Below are positions 17,413-24,215 of a stretch of 30,284 nt of DNA, piece after piece. The notes under the pieces were generated by a model. The model was not told the DNA's origin, made no database searches, and was given only the letters and a program-made list of their open reading frames with translations. The stretch spans positions 1 through 30,284 of the forward strand of contig BTUM01000090.1 of NCBI GenBank assembly GCA_045863235.1, written 5' to 3'. Both the position numbers and the translations under genes were made by a program. Within the stretch, counting starts at the first letter, position 1; the number at the start of each line of letters is the position of its first letter. This DNA comes from Candidatus Xenobia bacterium. GTDB taxonomy: Bacteria > Vulcanimicrobiota > Xenobia > Xenobiales > QWHO01.

Positions 17413-17607
17413 TCAGCGCCGGGCAGACCGAGCATGAATTCCTTCCGTTTCCTGCAGGAGCCTTGCCATCACGCTCTGGGATCGTAAGCGATTGGCCGGC
17501 AGAAACTCGAGCCGGACAGTGATCAGTTCCGAGCTCGCAACCAGGGGCTCGGCCCGCAGGTCGCTCGCCAGACAGAATCCCAGAAAGAGCGCCAGAAGTG
17601 CTCTCAC
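17413..17607 (-). CDS. short exported hypothetical protein, possibly truncated
   Basis: GTGA overlap with the TPR gene; signal-peptide-like MRALLALFLGFCLASDLRA; only 64 aa. Confidence 0.45.
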   Translation of the reverse strand: MRALLALFLGFCLASDLRAEPLVASSELITVRLEFLPANRLRSQSVMARLLQETEGIHARSARR

Positions 17608-18290
17608 CGGAGCGGATGGAGAATGTGCTGGGGAGGCATGGAATCATCGCCGTAAAGCTGTTTCCACAGAACAACCGCGGTGACGTCGCCATCGGCGACC
17701 AGGAACATCAGGCGTAAGTAAGACTCTGCCTTCTCCTTGTGACCCAGGGAAAGGCTGGAGTGAAAGCCGAGACGACAGAGGTTTCGAACCATGAGGGGGT
17801 CGGTCGGCCCGGTAGCCAGGGCCTGGTCGACCACTGGCCAGACCTCCTCGTGACGCTTGAGCTCGAAGAGAATCCGGGCTTTGCGAAAGAGCAGGATCGA
17901 GTTATTCGGGTTGTAGGCCAGGCCTTCGTTGAGCAGACCCAGGGCCAACTCACTCCTGCTCTGACCGCGATGCAGATCGGTCGAAATCAGGTCATAGGCG
18001 TCCACCAGGGAGTGGTCGAGCAGGGTGATCATCCGCAGGAGAGGCAAGACATCGACTTCCTGGTGAGCAGCGTAACCCTGACGCTGCAGCTCCTCGTGCA
18101 ACAAGTCCATCTTGAACCAGAGATAGCGGGCCATCACGGTGCGCGACTCTCCGAGCACCGAGAGCAGCACGTCGGTGCGGTCTCGGACGGGTGGCGCCGG
18201 AAGCGCCACCTCTTCAGTGTAACGCCGCGGCAGAAAGAGGTTTCCGGCGAGCACGACGACCACACAGACCAGGGGGAAAACCCGGCTCAA
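17604..18290 (-). CDS. membrane-anchored TPR protein (PilG/XapA-like)
   Basis: TTG 18290 overlaps the upstream stop, with GGAGG SD. N-terminal TM; ARYLW..LPLLRMITLLD..AY; ALGLLNEGLAYNPNN TPR. Confidence 0.7.
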   Translation of the reverse strand: MSRVFPLVCVVVVLAGNLFLPRRYTEEVALPAPPVRDRTDVLLSVLGESRTVMARYLWFKMDLLHEELQRQGYAAHQEVDVLPLLRMITLLDHSLVDAYDLISTDLHRGQSRSELALGLLNEGLAYNPNNSILLFRKARILFELKRHEEVWPVVDQALATGPTDPLMVRNLCRLGFHSSLSLGHKEKAESYLRLMFLVADGDVTAVVLWKQLYGDDSMPPQHILHPLR

Positions 18291-18604
18291 GTGCGCCTCC
18301 GACGCCACAGAAGGAGGATGAGGAAGGCGTTCAAGGTGGCCAGCACAGCCGTGTCTCTCCATACCAGGCGCTCGCTGCCCCGAACCCTCCAGGGCTCGGA
18401 ATTCGTCTCACGGATCATGTAGCTGAAGTAGGCCGGATTGCCAGTCTTGCGAGCGTCCAACTGCTCGGTCGAGTATTCCCCGCCGGGCTGAACCACGATC
18501 GCTTCCTCCCCCTGGTACTCATCGTAGGGGCTGGAAGGCGGTTGGCCCCAGACAGGGACGACCAGCAGGCGCCAGAAGATGAAACCCAACAACAGGCTCC
18601 TCAC
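18287..18604 (-). CDS. small membrane protein with C-terminal TM and basic tail
   Basis: GTG 18604 (GTGA overlap, GGAGGG SD); hydrophobic N-terminus; ends TAVLATLNAFLILLLWRRRRT. Confidence 0.7.
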   Translation of the reverse strand: MRSLLLGFIFWRLLVVPVWGQPPSSPYDEYQGEEAIVVQPGGEYSTEQLDARKTGNPAYFSYMIRETNSEPWRVRGSERLVWRDTAVLATLNAFLILLLWRRRRT

Positions 18605-19353
18605 AGGTCCCTCCGCGAGAAGATGCGTGCCGCGCCAAACCACAAGAGAGAAATCCAGGCCAGTCCGTAAAGGGCGCTCGAGGCCAGGTAGCTCCAACTC
18701 ACGGGTCGAGAGTGCACCACCAGATTCTTGACGCGCAATAGCTCGAGATTGGGAATCAAGCTCTTCATGATGGCCGCTGGCTTGGACCAGGGCTGGGACG
18801 AGAAGTAGCTCAGGAAGTCCTGGCTCAAGCCGCCCACGAAGAAGCAGATGACACCAAAGATGCCGGCTACCGAAGGCGTTGTGAAAGTCGAGAACATGAG
18901 GCAACAGGTCGCCAGGACTGTGCTTTCCAGGCCGTAATAGAGAGCCACCAGGAGGATGAGAGGATCCAGAAAGCGCGTCAGAGCGGCGACGCTGGTCATC
19001 AAGCAGAAGCCAAGAATCAGTGCCGAGCCACACAGCACCAGCAGGATGCCCAGCACCTTGCCCGCCAGGTAGACCCCGCGCTCCATGGGGCGAGCCAGAA
19101 TCGGATACAGAGTGCCTCGATCGATGTCGCCGGACACGGCTTGGGAGCCTATGTAGATTGCCATCATGGCCAGAGCGTAGCCAATCAGCGTTAGCCCGAA
19201 GTCCAGGGCGACCCGCTCCATCTCGGTAGGTCCCAGACTGAACGAATTCACGTAGGCGGGCATCATCAGCAACACGCAGGCGAGAAAGAGCGTGACCAGG
19301 TGCTCGCGCCGACGAAGGGCCTCGAGAACGTAGAGACGGGCGAGAATCAGCAC
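18601..19353 (-). CDS. ABC-2 type exporter permease (PilI/NosY-like)
   Basis: About 6 TMs; DIDRGTLYPILARPMERGVYLAGKVLG signature; ends FSRRDL. Confidence 0.88.
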   Translation of the reverse strand: MLILARLYVLEALRRREHLVTLFLACVLLMMPAYVNSFSLGPTEMERVALDFGLTLIGYALAMMAIYIGSQAVSGDIDRGTLYPILARPMERGVYLAGKVLGILLVLCGSALILGFCLMTSVAALTRFLDPLILLVALYYGLESTVLATCCLMFSTFTTPSVAGIFGVICFFVGGLSQDFLSYFSSQPWSKPAAIMKSLIPNLELLRVKNLVVHSRPVSWSYLASSALYGLAWISLLWFGAARIFSRRDL

Positions 19354-19354
19354 T

Positions 19355-19846
19355 CTAACCTCGCTTCAGGCGAAGAATCATCAAGCCGAGGTAAGCAGGA
19401 ATCGCCAGCGCGATGAGCCAGGGACTGGCCTGTCCGGCCAGGCCGACATGCAGGCACAGACACAAGCCGGCCAGATAGACCAGGCGGTGCAGCTTCTTCC
19501 AGGCGCGACCCAGTCGGCGCTGGGCCGACCTGGTCGAGGTCATGGCCAGGAGGGTAAGGATTGCAAAGCAGGCAGCTCCGAACCAGGCCGAAGGGTTGTC
19601 GAGAAAGGTGTCCGAGCCGACCAGGAAGAGGCCCAGATGCACCGCGGCCAGGACGAAGGCATACAGCCCGAGCGGACGTCGCCAGGTCAGTGAGCGTCGC
19701 CATCCCAACCAGCGAGAGCAAGGCGTGCAGGCGAGGCTGACCAGCAAGAGCAGGGCTGCCAGCGCACCCCAGCGGTTTCGTCCCGGATCGGCCCAGATTG
19801 CCACAGCCAAAGCCAGAATCAGAGTCAAGTGCGCTCCCAGCGACAC
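19355..19846 (-). CDS. msrQ: ferric-reductase-like heme b membrane protein, MsrQ/YedZ-like
   Basis: WRRPLGLYAF..VHL, LAMTS..AQRRLGRAWKKLHRLVYL, LH heme-ligand motifs. Confidence 0.8.
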   Translation of the reverse strand: MSLGAHLTLILALAVAIWADPGRNRWGALAALLLLVSLACTPCSRWLGWRRSLTWRRPLGLYAFVLAAVHLGLFLVGSDTFLDNPSAWFGAACFAILTLLAMTSTRSAQRRLGRAWKKLHRLVYLAGLCLCLHVGLAGQASPWLIALAIPAYLGLMILRLKRG

Positions 19847-19849
19847 GCA

Positions 19850-20875
19850 CTACCCCGTCACCCGTTCAAAGAACCAGAGAGAGGCCATGGCTGCCGAGGC
19901 CACCGAGAGAATCTTCATCGTGCGCTCTTGCGAGCATAGTCGCACCATCAGGGGAAAGGCCACCAGCACAATGAGCACCTGACCGGCCTCTACCCCCAGA
20001 TTGAAGCTGACCAACGGCAACACGGCGTTCGAACCGGTGACGCCCTGGTCGCGAAGAATCGAAGCAAACCCCAGGCCATGCACGAGGCCAAAGACAAAGG
20101 CGATGGGCCAGCGTCGATGGTCGTCCCCCTTGCGCAGGTTGAGCAGAGCCGCCAGGGCGATGCTGAGTGCGATGGTCGCCTCCACCGGACGGGCCGGCAG
20201 GTTCACCAGGCCCAGCACCGAGAGCGACAGGGTGATGGAGTGGGCCACGGTAAAGGCCGTCACGGTCTTGAGCACCTGCCAGATGGAGGTCGCCGGGATC
20301 AGCAAGACCAGAAGAAACAGGATGTGATCGTAACCGCAGAAGATGTGCTCGGTCCCGGTGAAGAAGAATGCCTGGGCCCGGCGCTGCCAGCTCGCGCCCG
20401 GTTGATACTCAGGCTGGCCCGGGGCAACGACGCCGGACTGGGGCGGGGCCCCCTGGTGATGGACCACGATCAGGCCCCGCGTGCCCGGACTGTCGGGGAA
20501 AAAGTCATAATGGAAGGAGAGATCTCCAACCGGGGCATCCCAGGTGGCCAGCAGGTAGAGCGTGCAGTGAGTGGGATTGCGGTCTGGCCGGGGGTCGACT
20601 TCCAGGCTGAGGCGGCCGGGCTGGCCGTTTGAGCGAACGGCCACTTTCCCATCCATCCGTCGGAGCAGCTCCGGGCCACGCCGGGCAATCTCCTCGGACG
20701 AGAGAACTCGATCCTGATCCTCGTCGATGAAATGCACCAGGGCGCAGGGCAGGCGCCACAGACAGCGCGCCTGTAAGCCCTCGAGCTGCACGTTCAGGCT
20801 GAACTCGTCCACGGGGTGAGCCAGCGCAGGCAGCCACAGCAAGAGAGCCGTAAACCAGAAAAACCTTGATCGCAA
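19850..20875 (-). CDS. HupE/UreJ family protein with N-terminal exported domain
   Basis: Signal peptide ALA-H; GTEHIFCGYDHILFL, VTAFTVAHSITL, FGLVHGLGFA, FNLGVEAGQ. Confidence 0.92.
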   Translation of the reverse strand: MRSRFFWFTALLLWLPALAHPVDEFSLNVQLEGLQARCLWRLPCALVHFIDEDQDRVLSSEEIARRGPELLRRMDGKVAVRSNGQPGRLSLEVDPRPDRNPTHCTLYLLATWDAPVGDLSFHYDFFPDSPGTRGLIVVHHQGAPPQSGVVAPGQPEYQPGASWQRRAQAFFFTGTEHIFCGYDHILFLLVLLIPATSIWQVLKTVTAFTVAHSITLSLSVLGLVNLPARPVEATIALSIALAALLNLRKGDDHRRWPIAFVFGLVHGLGFASILRDQGVTGSNAVLPLVSFNLGVEAGQVLIVLVAFPLMVRLCSQERTMKILSVASAAMASLWFFERVTG

Positions 20876-20907
20876 AACGAATGAAACCTCCGGTGGATGA
20901 GCCTAGA

Positions 20908-20929
20908 TAATGATAAGAAGCTTTCATTA
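20908..20929. promoter_or_regulatory. palindromic operator TAATGATA-AGAAGC-TTTCATTA upstream of the HupE/UreJ operon
   Basis: 8-6-8 inverted repeat with one mismatch, about 30 nt upstream of the start; overlaps a Fur-like GATAATGATAA. Confidence 0.7.
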
Positions 20930-20989
20930 CCACAAGAGGATCTCCTTCTTATCGGATCCAGGATCTCAAAATCACCAGAGTCGCCGAAT

Positions 20990-21019
20990 TTGCCCGAGCA
21001 CCCCGGCCCCTGTTACTAT
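20990..21019 (+). promoter_or_regulatory. sigma70-type promoter for the NTase-HD gene
   Basis: TTGCCC-18-TACTAT with extended -10 TG. Confidence 0.55.
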
Positions 21020-21108
21020 AGCTCCATCTCAGTGCCCGGCTTCGGGGCCCAGGACGAAGCGCAATACGCTATGACTCACGAAAGGAGCACCGGCTCCTCC
21101 ACCAGGCC

Positions 21109-22503
21109 ATGAAGCAGTGGGAGCCGCTGCACCGCGCCAGCATCCGTCACCGCGTGGCCGTCGAGGCGGCCCGCCTGCTCTATCACCGCGAGATCAAGGA
21201 GTACTACCAGGCTAAACGCCTGGCCGCGCGGCGCCAGGGCACTCACCACCTGCCCAGCAACCGCGAGGTGCACGAGCAGCTGCTGCTCATCGCCCGCCAG
21301 ACCGAGGGCGAGAGCCATGCTCACCGGCTCGAGCGCATGCGCTGGCAGGCCGTCAGCCTGATGGAGCTGCTCGAGCCCTTTCAGCCCCGGCTCATCGGAT
21401 CGGTGCTGACGGGCCACATCCGCCAGGGCTCGGACATCGACCTGCACCTTCATACCAGCGACCTGGAGGGGGTGCTGGCGACCCTGAGCGAGGGGGGGCA
21501 TTCCCCCGAGCTGCAGGTGGTGACCACCCGCAAGTACGGCGAGCCACGCGACTTCACCCACGTGCGCCTGAGCGAGGCGGGCGAGTTCGAGGTGGAGATG
21601 ACCATCTACGAGCCTGAATGGCTGCACGTCAACCCGCGCTGCGGCATCACCGGGCGGGCCATGCAGCGGGCCAGCCTGAGTGAGCTGCGCCAGCTGCTGC
21701 TGCGACATCCCGAGAAGGCCGGCGAACTGGGCTGGCTCGACGACCTGGAGAGGGTCCACGAGCGCCTGCCCGAGCTGCTGGCATGTCGCGGAGTGGTCCA
21801 GAACCACTACCACCACCTCGACGTCTATGAGCACACGCTGGAGGTCTGGCGCGGTCTACAGACCCTGGTGCGTTCAGGCTTCTCGCGCTTCCCGCGCTTC
21901 GCCGAGCGGCTGCAGGCTCATGTGGGCGACCCGGGCCTGCTCTGGCTGACCGCTCTCTGCCACGACCTGGCCAAGCCCGAGACGCAGAGCTTCGCCCGCG
22001 ACGGGCGCATCCGCTTTCCCGACCACGACCGCCTGGGCGCCCTGAAGGCCCGGGGGATCGCCGCCCGACTGGGTTTGAGCCCCGGGCAATCGGTCGACCT
22101 GGAGGCCCTGGTCGCCTGCCACCTCGAGGCCGTTCTGGCCGTCTCGCAAGATGCCCCACCCTCGCGGCTGCACCGGATGATCCGACGGGTCGGCCGGCGC
22201 TTGCCCGAGTTGGCCCTGCACTCGCTGGCTGACGTGGAGGCCTCGCGCGGCCCGGCCCAGACGGCGGCCCGGCTGGACGAGCACTTCCAGTTCGTGGAGT
22301 TCCTGCTGGAGCAGTACTTCGAGGGGGGCTTTCTGTGTAACGCCTGCCTGCCCGTCAGCCGCCAGGACCTGACCGACGAGTTCGGCCCCCTGGCTCTGAA
22401 AGAGCAGGACCGCCTGCTCGACGAGTTGCGCGATGCCTTCCTGGACGGCGAGGTGGAGAGCCAGGAAGAGGCTCTGGCCCTGGCTTCCGAGCTGCTGGCC
22501 TGA
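21109..22503 (+). CDS. minimal nucleotidyltransferase fused to a CCA-enzyme-type HD domain
   Basis: N-terminal EAARLLY..EYYQAKR; Pol-beta motif IGSVLTG..GSDIDLH; HD module QNHYHHLDVYEHTL...LCHDLAKP...FPDHDRLGA...LSLAD. Confidence 0.85.
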   Translation: MKQWEPLHRASIRHRVAVEAARLLYHREIKEYYQAKRLAARRQGTHHLPSNREVHEQLLLIARQTEGESHAHRLERMRWQAVSLMELLEPFQPRLIGSVLTGHIRQGSDIDLHLHTSDLEGVLATLSEGGHSPELQVVTTRKYGEPRDFTHVRLSEAGEFEVEMTIYEPEWLHVNPRCGITGRAMQRASLSELRQLLLRHPEKAGELGWLDDLERVHERLPELLACRGVVQNHYHHLDVYEHTLEVWRGLQTLVRSGFSRFPRFAERLQAHVGDPGLLWLTALCHDLAKPETQSFARDGRIRFPDHDRLGALKARGIAARLGLSPGQSVDLEALVACHLEAVLAVSQDAPPSRLHRMIRRVGRRLPELALHSLADVEASRGPAQTAARLDEHFQFVEFLLEQYFEGGFLCNACLPVSRQDLTDEFGPLALKEQDRLLDELRDAFLDGEVESQEEALALASELLA

Positions 22504-22518
22504 GCAGGGTGCAGCGAC

Positions 22519-22881
22519 TCAGTCGCGCTCGGGCAGCACCAGGCCCGATTTCAGGTCGGTTACGACCTGCCCGACCGTGAGCTGGGCGCGGCTGAACGCG
22601 AGCGTGGCTCGGCCGCGGTGCAGCCAGATCACCAGCTCGCGCCGGGTGAGCTCCACCGCCCCCAGCTCCAGAGCCCTCACCCTGAGCTCAGGAGTGAGAT
22701 CATAGTGGGGCCTGGGCTTGCCCGGCGGGTCGTGCAGGCGCCAGCGAGGCAGACCCAGGCAGCCCGCCATCCGGTGCAGCTCCTCCAGGCCGTCGAGCGA
22801 GAAGTCGTCGCACACCAGGTGGCACCAGATCTCCCGCCCGCCCGGGCCGAGTCGGCGAAAGAGCGCATCCACGCCTACCAT
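22519..22881 (-). CDS. DUF4031 domain protein
   Basis: VGVD..WCHLVCD..LEELH..A..LGL..PHYDLT..R..AL..GA pattern. Confidence 0.8.
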   Translation of the reverse strand: MVGVDALFRRLGPGGREIWCHLVCDDFSLDGLEELHRMAGCLGLPRWRLHDPPGKPRPHYDLTPELRVRALELGAVELTRRELVIWLHRGRATLAFSRAQLTVGQVVTDLKSGLVLPERD

Positions 22882-22966
22882 GCTCGGCTCTTCGACGCGG
22901 AGCCGTTCAGGGCTTCCCGCTCAGCGGATTGTCTCCAGTCCCGCGTCGACGCGGGACTGGAGCAGG

Positions 22967-23761
22967 TCAAAGCATCATCTCTTCAAAAGCCCGACGAAGC
23001 TCTCCGGGCGAGCTCATCACGAAGGGCCCGCGGCCGAAAACCGGCTCGGCGATGGGCTCTCCGCTCATCACCAGGGCCTGCAGGCCGGTGTCGGAGGTCA
23101 GCACGAACCCCTCCTCGGGGCGAGAGAGCACCAGCAGCTCCTGGCTCGAGCGCACCAGCAGAGCGGCGGTGTGGCCGGCCACCAGGGGTAGCTCGAGCCT
23201 GCCACCAGGCTTCAGGGACACGTCCCACAGGTTGATGGCCGTGAAGGTGCGGGCCGGGCCCCGAGTGCCCGCGAAGTCGCCCGCGATCACCCGGACCGTG
23301 CCACCCTCGAGACAGACCTCGGGAATGCTGGTCAAGGCCTGGTAGCCCGGAGCGGCACCCTTCTGGGCCGCGGGCAGGTTGACCCAGAGCTGCACCATCT
23401 CCAGCTCCCCGCCCTGACGGGCGAAGGCCGGCGAATGATACTCCTCGTGCAGAATCCCGGCTCCGGCGGTCATCCACTGCACCTCGCCGGGGCCGATGGT
23501 GCCGCCCCCGCCGGTCGAATCGCGGTGCTCGAGCTCGCCCGAGTAGACCACGGTCACCGTCTCGAAACCACGATGAGGATGCACCCCAACTCCGCGCTGG
23601 CGGTCGGTGGGCTCGAAACGATGAGGAGGGGCGTAGTCGAGCAGCAGGAACGGGTCGAAAAGCGAGGCCTCCTGACTGTAAGAAAAGAGAGAATGGACGC
23701 GGAAGCCGTCCCCCACCCAGTGGAGGGTGGATCCTTTGCGGGTTGCCAGAATGGTTTTCAC
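22967..23761 (-). CDS. pirin family protein
   Basis: WVGDGF, DPFLLLD, HPHRGFETVT, VQWMTAGAGILHEE, QLWVNLP, GPFVMS; GTG start at 23761. Confidence 0.93.
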   Translation of the reverse strand: MKTILATRKGSTLHWVGDGFRVHSLFSYSQEASLFDPFLLLDYAPPHRFEPTDRQRGVGVHPHRGFETVTVVYSGELEHRDSTGGGGTIGPGEVQWMTAGAGILHEEYHSPAFARQGGELEMVQLWVNLPAAQKGAAPGYQALTSIPEVCLEGGTVRVIAGDFAGTRGPARTFTAINLWDVSLKPGGRLELPLVAGHTAALLVRSSQELLVLSRPEEGFVLTSDTGLQALVMSGEPIAEPVFGRGPFVMSSPGELRRAFEEMML

Positions 23762-23786
23762 AGGGTATTCACTTCCTAGAACGAAC

Positions 23787-23807
23787 TTAGTTACAAATCG
23801 TAACCAA
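23787..23807. promoter_or_regulatory. probable HxlR-family operator
   Basis: TTAGTTAC-AAATC-GTAACCAA inverted repeat between the divergent pirin and HxlR genes. Confidence 0.6.
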
Positions 23808-23852
23808 CCAGATGATACCTCGGGCCTCCGGAACCCGCAAGAAGGCACAGGA

Positions 23853-24215
23853 ATGATACCAGGCCACAAACGCGATAGCGAGCCATGCCTTGCGGTGCAC
23901 GAGGTGCTCTCGCTGGTGGGCGACAAGTGGAGCGTGCTGGTGGTGATCCACCTCCAGCAGGGCCCGCTGCGCTTCACCGCCCTCAAGCGAGCAGTGGAGG
24001 GGGTTTCGCAGCGCATGCTGACCCTCACCCTCAAGCGCCTGGAGCGAGATGGGCTGGTGGTGCGCACCCTGTATCCGGAGATCCCGCCCCGCGTGGAATA
24101 CCGGCTTTCCGAGTTGGGACGCAGTTTGCTCGAGCCGGTCCTGGCCCTGGCCGCCTGGGCCGAGGAGAACCGGCAGGCCATCCAGCGCGCTCGGGAGCAG
24201 TACGTGGAGCGATGA
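23853..24215 (+). CDS. HxlR family winged-helix regulator
   Basis: PC..VLSLVGDKWS, LRFTALKR, SQRMLTLTLKRLERDG, PPRVEYRLS; N-terminal Cys. Confidence 0.93.
   Translation: MIPGHKRDSEPCLAVHEVLSLVGDKWSVLVVIHLQQGPLRFTALKRAVEGVSQRMLTLTLKRLERDGLVVRTLYPEIPPRVEYRLSELGRSLLEPVLALAAWAEENRQAIQRAREQYVER

Noticed and set aside
18287..19033. 248-aa version of the small membrane protein
   Set aside because: The extension overlaps the permease in another frame; GTG 18604 has an SD and a stop/start overlap.
15375..20950. Horizontally acquired island
   Set aside because: Third codon positions look somewhat less GC-biased by eye, but I could not compute this, and no integrase, tRNA or flanking repeat was found.
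21044..21104. tRNA gene ending in CCACCA
   Set aside because: Too short, with no T-loop (TTCRA) or D-arm; kept only as a speculative leader structure.
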